Made by a program: the position numbers and the translations under genes. From contig MU053561.1 of the NCBI GenBank assembly GCA_013239625.1, forward strand, positions 4,093,992-4,157,991: DNA of 64,000 nucleotides. The letters run 5' to 3'. Below the pieces are notes generated by a model. The model had not been told where the DNA came from. It did no database searches and worked only from the letters and a program-made list of their open reading frames with translations. The stretch is from Lama guanicoe (Eukaryota). Below, piece by piece: positions 50,725 through 63,844 of this stretch (position 1 is the stretch's first letter; the number at the start of each line of letters is the position of its first letter).

Positions 50725-50831
50725 GTATTCACTTTGGCAGCACATATATTAAAACCGAAATGATGCAGAGTAGATTAGCGTGGTCCCTGTGCAAGGATGA
50801 CATGTGAATTCGTGAAGCTTTCCACATTTTT
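50725..50831 (+). pseudogene. RNU6: Full-length U6 snRNA retropseudogene, 5' half of a U6/L1 chimera
   Basis: Ungapped match to canonical U6 (GTGCTCGCTTCGGCAGCACATATAC...GAAGCGTTCCATATTTTT) with about 19 substitutions (~82% identity, my manual count); ACAGAGA box is mutated to GCAGAGT. Confidence 0.95.
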
Positions 50832-51110
50832 TAAATTAGGAGTTTGGGATTAGCAGTTAAAAATGATTATATACAAAATAAACAATAAGGTCTTACGGTG
50901 TAGCACAGGGAACTATATTCAATAGCTTATAATAACCTATAATGAAAAAGAACATGAAAAAGTGTATATATGTACATATATATACATATACATATATATA
51001 TACAAACACATACACACACACACACACACATATATGTATGTATAACTGAATCAACTGTGCTGTACACCAGAAACTAACACAACATTGTAAATCAACTATA
51101 ATTTTTTTTA
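50832..51110 (+). mobile_element. Cetartiodactyl L1 3' UTR fused to U6
   Basis: taaattaggagtttgggattagcag...tagcacagggaactatattcaata...tataactgaatcaactgtgctgtacaccagaaactaacacaacattgtaaatcaactata, with an internal (TA)/(CA) microsatellite. Confidence 0.92.
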
Positions 51111-51501
51111 AAAATTGGGGGGGGGGCAGGAGTTAGTAGAGGAATAAACGGGGAAGAAGTGAACAGGAGAGTTTGAGGACCCAGGAAAGCAAAGTATCAT
51201 GAAAGCTAAAACAGAATCTTAAGAAGGAAAGGTAATCAGATGCTGCAGAGAGGCCCTGGTAGAGGAGAAGGAGAAGAGGACTTGGCAATCAATCCACTCA
51301 CAGCTCTCAAAGATAGCTGTATGGAGTGGCAAGAGTGGAAACCACAGTGGAATAGGTTAAAGAGTGAAGATGTGGCCAGACAATGAAGGCCACCAATTTA
51401 GCTCCTCTCTTGAGAAGCTGAGTGGTAAATATAAGGAGAAAAATAAGTTGACACCTTAAATGGGCAGCAGCTAGTTTGAGAAAAGGGCTTTGGGGTTGGG
51501 G

Positions 51502-52092
51502 TGTATGGGAGTGAGTTTCTAAAAGGTTCCTGATAATCCACGCCCCACCCCCCTGATATCCACAGCCTTGTTTAATCCCCTCCCCTTGTGTGTAGGCTGG
51601 ACTGGAGATTCACTTCTGACAACAGAAGACTGCAAAGGCAATGGGATGTCATGTCTGAGATTAGGTTATGAAAGTCTGTGATTTTGTCTTACTTGCATTC
51701 TGTCTTGCTCTGGGTTTTCTAAGTTTGCTCACTCTGGTGAAGCAAGCTGCCATGTTATGAGCTGCCCTACAGAGAAGCCCACTCGGCAAGGAACTGAGGG
51801 TGGCCTCCAGCCAACAGCCAGTAAGGAACTAAGGCCCTCAAACCAACAGCCCATGAGGAACCAAGGGCTGCGAACAATCACATGAATACACCTGGAAGCA
51901 GATCCTTCCCTGGCTGAGCCTCGCTGAGGACAGCAGCTCCAGCCAACACTGCAGTCTGAGAGACCCCGAAGCAGAGGACTGGGCTAAGCCATGTCCTCAT
52001 GCCTGACCCACAGAAAACAGTGAGATAAGAAATGCTGTTTTAAGCCACCAAATTTGGGGATAATTTGTTACACAGCAACAGGTAGCCAACAC
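51502..52092 (+). mobile_element. MaLR solo LTR (MLT1E-like)
   Basis: aatcccctccccttgtgtgtaggctggac...gaagcaagctgccatgttatgagctgccct...ggcaaggaactgagggtggcctccagccaacagcc...ttttaagccaccaaatttggggataatttgttacacagca. Confidence 0.9.
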
Positions 52093-53319
52093 AGGATGGT
52101 TATTTTTTTAATAAGGGAAGCCTACACATGATTCTAGTTTCAATTTTTTTTTAATCTTAAGACAAAATGCACATTCTAGGCACCAGATCTGAAGATTTTC
52201 ATTTAGGCACTGGAGATACAACACTAACTGGAAAGCACTCTTTGGGAAAGGACCCAAGAACAACACTTTTGAAATACCTCAGGTAATTCTGACGCAGAAG
52301 GGGAGGAAAGGTTCATCCAGTGAGAAGGAAATACCAAAAAACACAACTCAGAGATGTGGGTCCTGATGCCCCAGAGCAGGCAGATGGGCCAGAATCCAGG
52401 AATCATGAGGAAGTGGGCCTTGAAATTTTGACTCCTTTCTCTAAAACAGCAGGGAAGAACAAAAATATGGGGAAAGATACATACAAATTTTGAGATAAAA
52501 AGAAGGAAAAGCCTCAGTCATCTCTGAAGGAAGAATATGGAGCCATCTATGAAGCCTGAGGACATGGAACTATCATTCAAGGTTTAAAGAGAAGAAAGGA
52601 TTTGGAAGAAATTGAGGACGCTTTGGTGAGTCACTAAGAATTTTTTGAATAATTATAAAAAGATTGAGAGGGCCAGAGGATGACTAATGAGCATAATCTG
52701 GAGAAAAATGAAGGCACTCACACTCCTCACCTCCCGAATCTGTGAGCCATTGGGAGAGGGAGAAGGGAAGCCTCGGTTGGAGAAAGTTGCAGGGACAGGA
52801 TTAAGGAGGCAGAAGAGAGGCTTTGGGGAAAGGTGAAGGAGGAGTTTATTCTTAGCAGAACAAGAGTTCCATTTGGCTCCGTGGAAGAGTCCCATTGAGG
52901 GGAAGCAAAGGTATCCTGCGTTGGAGGGGCTGAACTGGGTAGGAAGAGAAGGGGCAGGTCTGTCACAGGGGTAGGAAGTAGTTCCCAAGGAGGCCAAAGA
53001 TTGAGGATGGACTAGAGATTCCTGACAGCAATGGGGGGACAAGCAGATACCAGATAAGTTGATTGAATTAGCCAGCCCCTCAAATCTAAGTTAAATATTG
53101 ATCACCATTAACACCATTTATCTATGGCTCCTTTAACAGCAGGTCTAAGATAAGGACTGCCAGCATAAGCCTCCTACAGGGCTGCCTCTGAGAGCTGGCC
53201 CACGGTGAAGGTTAGGTCCCAGGAAAGCAGGGGAGCATGGCCATATCTGAAATGATTAAAGCTCTATATTTAAACTTCGAAACTGCTCCATTCATCTCAT
53301 ACAGGAATTTGCCTGTGTC

Positions 53320-53500
53320 TAACTTGGTGTAGAGGAAGGATCCCTGAGCTGAGAGTTAGGAGATTTGGGGCCTCGTCCCAGCTCCACCTCAACTAGCTAT
53401 GCGGCCTTAAAAAGCCATTAACCTCCCTGACATCATCTGTAAAGTGAGGGAGCTGAGCCAGATGGTCCCTCATGTCCCTTCCAGCTCCAACATTCTAAGC
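53320..53500 (+). mobile_element. MIR3-like SINE
   Basis: gagttaggagatttggggcctcgtcccagctccacctcaactagctat...catctgtaaagtgagggag...gtcccttccagctccaacattcta. Confidence 0.75.
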
Positions 53501-54374
53501 CCCTGAAAGCATGCAACCCTAAACCAGGTCTAGGGATCATATGGTTTAGTTCTTGGAAACTGAGCTTCAAAATAGGAAGGAAAGAATTCCAGCCCTTATC
53601 TGTAACCTTCTGCAGACTTCTTATCCATTGATAGAATTCCCTGTGGGAAATGTTTTGAAATAGTGGACATTCCACGAAATGAAATTCTGGGGATTAATCT
53701 GCAATAAAGGATGAAAATTTTCAGAGTGATTTTCCCCAAATGTATGAGAAATCTTTATCCAATTGGATGTGGGGCAGATTCTTTTCTAAAGCATCATGCT
53801 TGCATTCTCAAGGCAGGGCTTGGTAGGAAAAAGCACTTAGGCCCAGATATCTTGCCACTTACTCACAAAGTTTTTAGGGAAGATGCGCTGACAGCACGGG
53901 TGAATCATGTCTAGGTCATCTCATGTCTAAGGTTTTCAACTATCTCCAAGTATTGCCACATTCACATCCACATATACCTCACTACCAGAACCATGAGACA
54001 GATTGGGAAAGAGCTTCAGTCACATCAGTGAAGTGAAAGTAGGACTTTCTCCTGACCTCCAGCATCCCCAAGGAATACTCTCTCTCACCACCACTTCTCT
54101 GATGGGAACTCCTAAGGTCATTTAATCCCATGTTACATTTTGGAAACTCAGCATAACCTACCAGAAATGTCCCAACTCATATCCCCAAACTTTACATGAA
54201 AGAGAGGGGATGAAAAATAGGCATGAGAGTCTTTTGATTTCCAAATGCAGGAATTTTGATTACCCTGTCTGGGCACTTAGACACTCTGCTTACATTTTCA
54301 CAATACAGTACCAGTAAAAATAAAAATGCCCTTTACAGTGGCACACTGTATATTTTAAATATTTTATACACTTT

Positions 54375-55460
54375 TCCCAATCACTCAAAAAATACGTATT
54401 GAGCACTATGCTAGGTGCTGGGAGGAAACTCAACATCTAAGTTATGAATTAACTGTAATGCAAAAAAATCAATTGTATAACAAGAGAGGTATATTAAAAG
54501 GACAATATAATTCTGCCCAAGGGTAGGGAAGTTGAGGGAAGTAAATGATGACTAAGAGATTGAAGATGAGTAAGAGCTAGCCAGGTGTTGAATGATGTTT
54601 GAAAGATACTCAAGGCAAAAGAAACAGGAGAAAACAGACACAGAAATGTGAGATTACATGTGGCGTATTTAGAGATCTACTAGGGGCCTAATGTGGAGGT
54701 AATGTGGCTACAGTATAGGGTTCAAAGCTCAAGAACAAAGGGACAGAGAAGTGGGGAAGTAGTTATGGGGCCAGCTTTTGAAAGCTTGTGAACAAATAGC
54801 ATACTGAGGACTATGGCAACAGGGAGACAAATGATTGTGTTCAAGATCATGATCAAAATCTGTACTTTAGAAAGGTAATGCGGACAGCAGTGAAGAGAAT
54901 GGATCCAGGAGGGAGAGAAGAAAGGCAGAGAGAGGTCAAGATCTTTTGTAACGGCTAGAAGAGGAATGATACATGTAAAACACATCACATGTTATTGTCA
55001 TTCTTTGTTTTTGTTTCCTTCCCCACACCCCCCACCCTACAGGTAAGTTCCTTGTGGACAAGTACCATGTCTTGTTCACCTTTGTATTCCAGCACAGAAC
55101 AGAATGGCTGACACAGTGCAAGCACACAGCAAACGCCCTTCATAGGTGAATGAATGAATGGGGACTTACAGTAGGATAGTAACAGTGGGGATGTAGAGAA
55201 AAAGGCATATTCAAAAAATAATTCTGAACTAGATTCTAAAGAATTTCAACTGAAGAAAATTGAAAAATCTAAGGTTTCTAGATTGAGTGACTTATAAAGT
55301 CTCTAACTTTTTAAAAAATACAAGAGGTCGAGCAGGTGGAGAAAGGTAATGAGTTGAGATGGGAACATGCTGAGTTGGAAGTATCTGTGGGCCACCATCC
55401 TGAAGTCCAGTAGACAACTGGAAATATGCATTAGGACCTCAGAAGAGTTTACTGGCTGAT
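54375..55460 (-). mobile_element. L2 LINE fragments, with a short + strand L2 3' end at about 55030-55160
   Basis: cactcaaaaaatacgtattgagcactatgctaggtgctggg...; inner aagttccttgtggacaagtaccatgtcttgttcacctttgtattcc...tgaatgaatgaatg. Confidence 0.7.
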
Positions 55461-56239
55461 CTTTACTCATAATCACTCATGAAGGCAGGTGAACCAAATT
55501 ATTTAAAAATCTAGTTTTTTGAACATGTGCTGTAAACTTAATTTCCAAAGAAAAAGTAACCAAGAAAATGAAAACTGTCTTCAAAGATTCCCTGCCTCAT
55601 CACTCTTAAAACAAAAGCAAAGACAATTTTATTGGTCAATTATATCTCAATAAAGCTGGGGGAAAAACATTAACTAATTTTTTAAAAAATCAAAGATAAG
55701 AGGAAGAACCAGAGTAATCCTTCACTCTATGATTTCTGGAAATCTCACTGTCAAGTTCTCGTATCTTCAGAATCCTAGTGGAAAGGTTCCTATGAGCAGC
55801 ATTAGCTATCTAAGCATTAGTTTGCTGACTTACCGCAAAGCATTTAAACAATGAATATTCTGGCAGAAAATCCTAACATTTTCCCCTTTGTTTTCTGACA
55901 CAAGGCCACTGAGAATGCTCAGGTAGGCGCTGCTTTCTTGGACTCGCGGAACATGATGGGAACCTGAGGCCATATGGTACCTGGAAACTTCACTGGATGA
56001 AGAGTTAGAAGAACTGGTCTTAGTTCCTTCTTCACCACTAAGTGGACATGTGACCTTGGGCAAGTCACTGTACACTTCTGAACCACAGCTTTCTCATCTG
56101 TAAAATGAGATCAGATTTTCTCCCTCTGTGTTTGTGTTTATTTTCTTAAACACTTAGCATTGACCTAGACTTAGATCCTTTCATATGTGTTAATCATTAG
56201 CTCCTCTCTCCATGGACTTTAATAAGACCATTAGTTAAA

Positions 56240-57587
56240 GCCTAAATTGCCTAGAACAGACTGTCAGAATCAGACTTTGAGGAGGTGGCTGGTAAGGTCT
56301 TAAAAAAAAGTAAGGGGTATCTTGTTGGAAACTTGAAGAGAAAGGATCCTTGTATTGTTCTGGCAGAAAGTTTATTAACACTCTCTCCTGCAGTAATGGG
56401 AAAGGTAGTGAAGGTACCTAGTGTACTGGATAATTCAGCTAAGAAGTTTTCTAGCCCAAGTGTTGAAGGTGCTCCCTGGTTTCCTGTTGCTGTTTATAAC
56501 AAAATGTAAGAGGAGAGAGACAAGCCAAAGGAAGCACTGTCAAATCAAAAGACGACTGGTTGTTGGTTCTGAAGATTCTGGGGCTCCTCAGATGGCAAAC
56601 AGTACGGAAAATAAGAAACTGCACCCAAGCAAAGACCAAATCCAGAACACTCTCAGAAAACAATGTTCTAAAGTTGAAGCCAAGAGTATAACTGTAAAAT
56701 CCTTTGTTAAGATCTCAGAAAGTTAAACGGTAGTTCCTCAGAGTACATTCAGTCAGACAAAAGGCCCTCTAGAGTTTAAAGGTTTGCCTCACATCTAAAT
56801 GTAAATAAAGTCATCAAGGTCCTAAGAAGCCTAAGGGCGTCGTCACTCAGCCACCTCAGTAGAAGCCCATGTAAAGGGGATTTATCTCAAGGGGATTTAT
56901 CTCAAAGAGATTTACAGGTGTCTAATGGAGCAAACCCTAGTGAGATTCACAAGAGGACCACAGAGGTTTTGAGAGACAAGAAATACTGCTAGCTTGGACT
57001 GAGAGTGACAGAAACAGTATCAAACGAAAAGAGTCCTTTGAACTCCCAAACTTCTACAAGCAGGAAACAGGCGGAGTAAAACAACTCAGCTGCAAATACA
57101 AGATGCCTTTCATGAACAAGGAAGGATGACTCAAAAGGTGGACCAAGAACCTGGAGAACAGAGCCAAGAACTATGGAAAGTCACTTCCAGGCAGAGTAGG
57201 ACTGAATCCAAATCAAGGAACTTACAACATTTTGCTGGTTGGATTTCATACTTGTTATGAACCAGTGACTCCTTGATGCCTCAGTTTTCCCCCTTTTGCA
57301 GAAGAATGTCTATATTAGTTATCCTCTGGTGTGCCACCATTGTATGTTGGATGGGCAGGGGACAGACAAGTTGTTCTTAGTTCATAGGTCTACAGATTAA
57401 GAGGAACTGTACTCATGGAGCTGTATTTAAAGAACTACACTTTGAGAACCTAGATTTGCTTTAGAAGATGAGATTCTGAAATTGGATCTGACGCTGTAAT
57501 GGGATTAAACTTTTGTGGACCTTAGGAGGGTATGAGTTTATTTTATATATGTAGGGCCTATGAATTACTGAGCGTTAGAAGACAGAC
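56240..57587 (+). mobile_element. MaLR internal sequence (MLT1F-int-like)
   Basis: ggatccttgtattgttctggcagaaagtttattaacactctctcctgcagtaatgggaaag...aagtgttgaaggtgctccctggtttcctgttgctg; ends in agacagac directly before the LTR. Confidence 0.75.
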
Positions 57588-57769
57588 TGTGGTAGCCATA
57601 CTCCAAGATGGTCCTGAATGATTTGCACTTCCTGGTGTTCACATCCTGTGGCTTCCACACTGTGCAAAGATTTGTCTGTTTTATCAACAGCATATTGCAG
57701 GTGGGATAGTAAATCACTTCTGAGATTGGGTTATACTGTAACTTCTGCATTGGGTACTCTCTCTTGCTG

Positions 57770-57804
<35 letters not shown>

Positions 57805-58116
57805 GATCATTTGCTCATGGGAAACCCAGCTGCCACATCTTGCACAACCTTATAGAGAGGTCTGCGTAGTAAGAAACTGAAGCCTTCTGCCAACAGCCAC
57901 ATGAGTGACCTTGGAAGAAGATCATCTATCCCCGTTTGAACCTTTGGATGACTACAGCCTTGACCAATAGTTGAACACAACTCATGAGAGACTCACCCAG
58001 AATCACCCAGCTAAATCACTCTGAACCCTCAGAAACAATGACATTATAAAATGCTTGTTCTTTTAAGTTGCTAAGTTTGGTGGTAGTTTGTTACATAATC
58101 ATGAAAAACTAATAAA
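57588..58116 (+). mobile_element. MaLR 3' LTR (MLT1F-like) containing a (TC)n tract
   Basis: tgtggtagccatactccaagatgg...gccaacagccacatgagtgaccttggaag...ttttaagttgctaagtttgg...aactaata. Confidence 0.85.
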
Positions 58117-59925
58117 TAAAGTCAATATATAAAAGTACATTTTACTTCTATATTGCACAGAAGAAACAAGTGGAAAATGAAATTTTAAAATACCATTTAC
58201 AATAGCATCAAAAAACATATACTCTGGGATAAATTTGAAGACATATGTGGAAGAGTTCCACATGAAACAGATTATACATTGCTGAAAGAAAGTAATAAAT
58301 ATCTAAATAAGCAGAGAGAGATATCATGTTCGTGGTTGTGAAGACTCAATATTTTCAAACTGTCAGTTTTTCTCAAGTTGATCTATATATTCAACACAAT
58401 CCCAATCAAAATTCTTAAAGACCTTTTTGTAGAAATTGACAAGCTGGTTCTAAAATTTATATGGAAACATAAATAGCAAAAACATTCTTTAAAAAGAACA
58501 ACTGACTGTAACTGTTTTCAAGACTTATTATAAAGCTACTTTAATCAAAACAATGTGGTAGTGGCATAAAGATAGACAAACAGATCAATGGAATAAAGAG
58601 TCCCAAAACAGACCCATATTGTATGATCAATTAATATTTTACCAAGGTGTCAAAGCAAATGAATGGGGAAAGGAAAATCTTTTTCTTTCTTTCTTTTTTT
58701 TTTTTTTTTTTGATTCTGGAACAGCTGCCAATCCATGTCTGAAAGAAACCTCAATTCATACATAAAAATCATTTATAGATGGATCATATGCCTAAGTATA
58801 AAACTAAAACTATGAAGCTTTTGGAGGATAACATAGGAGAAAAATTTTATAATCTTTGGGTAGATAAAAGTTTCTTAGTGCCCAGAAAGCAGTAACCATA
58901 AAAGTAAAAAATCAGTAAATGAATTTTAGCAAGATTTTAAACTTTTACTCTTCAAAAGATACTATTAAGAAAATGAAAAGCAAAACACAGACTGCAAGAA
59001 AATTTCTTAATACCTACATCTGACAAAGGATTTATATAAAGAATATATAAGAATGTACTTTCAACACACTTGCAATTCAAAAATAAAAATATAATCCATT
59101 TGTCTTTAAATGGGCAAGAAACTTGAACAGGTACTTGACAAATGATGTTATACATAAACAGTTAAGTACATAAAAAGATGCTAAAGATCATTAATCATCA
59201 GAGAAATAAAATTAAAACCATAATAAGATACCAGTATACCCACTGGAATGACCAAAGTTTAAAGGAATGGCAATACCAAGTATTGGTGAGGATGTGTAGC
59301 CAAGTGGAATGTCAAACACTGTAGTTGGGACATCCATTTTGGACCTAAGTCTGGTAGTTTCTCATAAGGGTAAATACGCACCTCCCCAGTGACTCAGCCA
59401 TTCCACTTCTAGGTATTTCCCCAAGAGAAATGAAAACATATGTTCACACAAAGCCTTATACAAGAATGTTCAGAGCAGCTTTATACTTAATAACCCAAAA
59501 CTAAAAACAGTGCAAATTGCAATCAACAGGAAAATGGAAAATCAAATTGTGGCATGTTGATTCAACTCAATACTAATATAAAAGAGAGAGCCACTGGTAC
59601 ACAAAACAATACAGATGACCCTCAAAAGACATGCTGAGTTAGAGAATCCAGGTACAACAGAGTATAATTGTGTTATTCCATTTATTTGACATTTTGAACA
59701 GGCAAAACTAATCTATGGTGAAAGAAATCAGAACAGTAGAATCGTAGCTACCTCTGGTCAGGGAGGGAACAGAGATTGACTCAAAAGGAGAAAAGGGATC
59801 TTTCATGGGTGATAGAAAAATTCTACATCTTGGCTATATGGGTATATACAATTGTCAGAATCTAACTGTACACTTAAGATCTATACATTTTAATGTTTAT
59901 AAATTAAACCTCAATTTAAAAGAGA
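58117..59925 (+). mobile_element. Old L1M (ME-type) ORF2 3' half and 3' UTR
   Basis: ttttgtagaaattgacaagctggttctaaaatttatatgg...caagacttattataaagctac...ccattccacttctaggtatttccccaagagaaatgaaaacatatgttcacac; decayed. Confidence 0.9.
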
Positions 59926-61630
59926 GAAATCATTTATAAAGCTATTAAAAATATCAGATACCTAGAAATTATTCTAATGAAAAATGTATAAATGTTTCAC
60001 AGAGAAAAAAAAATTGAGATAAACTGAAGAAGACCTAATTGAATGGAAGGCTATTCTATGTTCACGGCTTGGAATAACCAATATTGTAAAGTTATCAATT
60101 CTCTGAAACAATCTGTAAATTCAATACAGTTCCAATAAAAATTCCAGTAGACTTCTTTTTTTTTGGTGGAACTTAACAATCTAATTCTAAAATATGTAAG
60201 AAAACCCCAAGGCCAAAGATAGCCAAGACACTCTTGACAAAAGCAAACAAAGAGGGAGAATATTTTTTCCAGATATCAAACTTATTCTAAAACCACAAAA
60301 ATTAAGAGAGTGGTTTTTTGTGCAAAGATAGACAGACCAACTGAATAAAAGAGCAATTTCAGAAATCCACATATATTGCAAGTACAGAGACATGGGAAAA
60401 GATTGATATTTTTAATAAAAGGTATGAGTTGTTTGGATAGCCATATGGAAAAAAAAAGGAGGTCTTATCTGAACTCTTTATCTTACACTATACACAAAAA
60501 TCAGTTCCAAGAAGAATGCAGCAAAATAAATAAATATAAAAATAAAGGCAAAATGAAGATTCTAGACATATATGAATATTTTCATGACTGTAAGAAAGGA
60601 CATATTTTTTAAACAGGAGTTAAAAATGCATTAAACATAAAGAAAAAGATTGATAAAATGCAATACATTAAAATTAAGAAACTGCTCACCAAAAGACACA
60701 ATAAAGAGAACAAAGTGTACTAAGAGTACAAAGTCAAAATAGAATCAGGTATTGGCAATTTATGTAATTAACAAAGGGCTTGCATTCAGAAAATATAAAG
60801 AATTCCTATAAATCAAAAAGAAAAAAGAATACAGCTCACTAGAAAAATGTGAAAGGGATTTGAACAGGCTCCTTACAAAGGATAATACCTAAATGGCCAG
60901 TAAGTAAGAAAAGTTGTTTAACCTCATTAGTCATCAAAAAAAAAAAATGCAAACTAAAACCACAGTGAGATAAGTAGCTCTACATTTCTACAGCCTGGCT
61001 AAAATTTAAAAAACTAAAAATAATTAGTATTGGTAAGGATTTGGAGCAAACACTACTGGTGGTTACATCAATTGGCACCACCACTCTAAAAAATAGTTTG
61101 ACATTAAGTATTAAAGATATTCATATCCTGCAACCCAACAGAAATGTATACATATGGGCACCAAGAGACATGGACAAGAATGTTCAGAGTAATTTTCTTT
61201 GTAAGAAAACTGCAGACAGTGCAAATGTCCACCAACAGTAAAAATGTATAAATTATGGTGTATGCATACAATGTAACACTATACAGCAATCAAATTTACA
61301 AACTCCAGGTACATTTAACATGAATGAACCACAGAAACAAGACTCACAAGAAAAATTATTACATAGTTCTTGTTCGATAATCTTTAAAAACAAGCAAAAC
61401 TAAACTATAGCCTTAGAAGTTAAATAATGACTTAGCTTTGAGGGAGTTTCTAGCATGGAGACAAAGGAATGGGCGTGAAAGAGGTGGTGACAGTGTTGTT
61501 CTCAACCTGGGTCGGGGTTACACAGTTACATGCATCGTTTAAATTTATTAAGCACATTTATATTATATTTTTTGTATGTGAGTTTTATTTCTTAACCAAA
61601 AAAAGTTTAAAATAAAAAAGAAGTTAAATA
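59926..61630 (+). mobile_element. Second old L1ME ORF2 3' half and 3' UTR
   Basis: Repeats the same ORF2 region in a more diverged form (ccaataaaaattccagtag; aaagattgataaaatgcaatacattaaaattaagaa; ctcattagtcatc). Confidence 0.85.
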
Positions 61631-62004
61631 AAAATGCCTGTCATGTAGTAAGCACTTATAAAATAGTCTTCACGATTATTCTCACAGCACCCCTCTCACC
61701 CTGAGAACATAAAACAGACTTTCTTCTCCCAAAGGGCTCTCCAAGGAAAATTACAAGCTGTCATAGGCAAACATTGACCTTCCTCTCCCTCTCCCTTTGG
61801 GACCCAGTTCCCAAGTTCAGAGATAGTAGGAAAGGACCCAGAAGCAGAGTCCTTCACTGTTTCACCAGACCCAGACTCAGGGCGGACTCTTATGACTATC
61901 CTCACATGCCCCTGCCTTCCGCTCCACAACTTTGTAAGTTGTTGCAACCAGTCTGGAGGATAACAGCGCTGCCAGTAAAGTGGAAGATACACTTTCCCTG
62001 TGAC

Positions 62005-62124
62005 TCACCAATTCCGTATCTCAGAGGTGCTGGTGCACAGGACGCAGGTGCAAAGGTACAAAGGTGTTTGATGTAGCATTATTTGCAATAGGAATGAAAG
62101 GAAGAAAGGAAGAAAGGAAGAAAG

Positions 62125-62155
<31 letters not shown>

Positions 62156-62428
62156 AGGAAGGAAGGAAGGAAGGAAGGAAGGAAGAAGGAAGGAAGGAAG
62201 GAAGGAAGGAAGGAAGAAGGAAGGAAGGAAGGAAGGAAGGAAGGAAGAAGGAAGGAAGGAAGGAAGGAAGGAAGGAAGAAGGAAGGAAGGAAGGAAGGAA
62301 GGAAGGAAGAAGGAAGGAAGGAAGGAAGGAAGGAAGGAAGAAGGAAGGAAGGAAGGAAGGAAGGAAGGAAGAAGGAAGGAAGGAAGGAAGGAAGGAAGGA
62401 AGAAGGAAGGAAGGAAGGAAGGAAGGAA

Positions 62429-62460
<32 letters not shown>

Positions 62461-62940
62461 AGGGGGAAAAGCCTGGAACAACCTCAGTATCCATCAACAC
62501 AGGCATGGTGAACACATTAGGGAGTAGTCATATAACAAGCAGTTGTTACCATGAATGAACTTCATCTAATTTACATGGATAAATCTCAAAAATATGCAGC
62601 TAAGTTTTAAAAAAAAAGTTGTAAAAGATACGTTATAGTAGGACACCATTTATATACACTGAAGCATACAAGACAAGGCATGTTGCGTACGGATGTGTAA
62701 CAGAATTATGGAGAAGGGACACACTTCAGGAAAGTAGTTACTTATGAAAAGGGAGGGTGGTGGGACTCGGGGGAGATGGCTGTAGCTGAATCTCTGATAT
62801 TTTATTTCTTTAAGTAAGTATCTGAAACAAATATGATAAAATATTAACAATCACTTAAATCTGGTGATGGGTATATTGGGTTCTGTTACTTTATTGTTGT
62901 GCCTTCTTGTATTTGAAATATTGTCCAACTTTAAAAAAAA
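62005..62940 (+). mobile_element. Ancient L1ME 3' fragment interrupted by a purine microsatellite
   Basis: tgtagcattatttgcaatagg [repeat] cctggaacaacctcagtatccatcaac...catggataaatctcaaaaat...gaaacaaatatgataaaatattaaca. Confidence 0.7.
62096..62471. repeat. Compound (GAAA)n-[GAA(GGAA)7]x9-(GAAA)n polypurine repeat
   Basis: Exact 31-bp units from 62154 to 62432; seen as the 31-aa period in the spurious ORF 62064..62558. Confidence 0.97.
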
Positions 62941-63109
62941 TGTTAATTACCTCTCTTAAAACATTCTCCAGGTTCCTGTTTCCATCACAAAGGATAATTT
63001 GCCTAATTCTGCTAGGTTTTCCTTTTTCTCCAAGGTGCAAATGGAAATTTATGATAAACAAAGGTTGGCAGTAAGGTCACCCATTCTCCTCCAGGCAGTT
63101 CCTGACACA

Positions 63110-63581
63110 GAAGCATCTCTGACCTCAGCAGACCCACCCGACCCTGCCCTTTGCCCCAAGAAGCTCACAACAGGTCCCAACAGCTTCTGGCTTCTGGCTT
63201 CTAGCTTCTGACTGGGTTTGGCAAATGGGAGGCAGAAGCAGAGATGGTCCAACAGGAAGAAAGAAAGGACTAGGTATTTATTTATTCTTGGCTTCCTCCC
63301 TGCTGGCGTACAGCTGAAGCAGCTGCATGTCTCTGCTGAGGACCACATCTCCAAGCTGGTTTCCCCGTGGCTCTCTCTGGGCTGCAGCAATCCCTCCTTC
63401 CCCGACTTCTCCAGGCCGGGGTTGTAATGGCTCCTGGCTGTCCCCAGCCCCAGGTGCTTCAGCGCCCTTTCTGGTTTCCCTTCACTTTCCCACAGCTTTA
63501 TAAATGGTACCCTCATTAGGCTTTCCTTGATTTCCCCACTTGAACATGCCATCTATTTCTCACTGGTACCCTGACCCCATA
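63110..63581 (+). mobile_element. LTR33-like ERVL LTR
   Basis: ctggcttctagcttctgactgggtttggcaaatgggaggca...cccaggtgcttca...tgccatctatttctcactggtaccctgac. Confidence 0.65.
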
Positions 63582-63759
63582 GGGCACTAGGGAAGTACTG
63601 TGAGAGCCCAGGCGATCCAGGAAAGCTGCAGAGATAAAGCTCATGCCTGAGCAAAGCCTTGAAAGAGGAGCAGAGGTTTGTCAGCCAAAGGGTTATGCTG
63701 GGGGGAGGAGAGACAGGAGTGGCAAGACTGAGGGAACAGCTTCCACAAAGGCTTTTGCA

Positions 63760-63844
63760 TTAGGTTGACCATATGAAATTGCCAGTATTGGGCTATTTTT
63801 TGATGTACAAAAAATAAAAGGCAATATCATGTGGTTCAACCTAA
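63760..63844. mobile_element. MADE2-like mariner MITE
   Basis: Terminal inverted repeats ttaggttgaccatatgaaattgcc / ggcaatatcatgtggttcaacctaa; about 85 bp; TA on the right flank, CA on the left. Confidence 0.85.

Noticed and set aside
50725..50831. Functional U6 snRNA gene
   Set aside because: About 18% diverged, ACAGAGA box mutated, fused to L1 within a TSD, and no TATA/PSE recognised upstream.
56876..56905. 15-bp tandem duplication ggggatttatctcaa x2 (similar: tgaactgaa x3 near 49920)
   Set aside because: Ordinary slippage duplications with no sign of function.
62005..62558. Three long ORFs (158-164 aa; EGRK-rich and PSFL-rich)
   Set aside because: They are translations of the GGAA/GAAA microsatellite, which has no stop codons.
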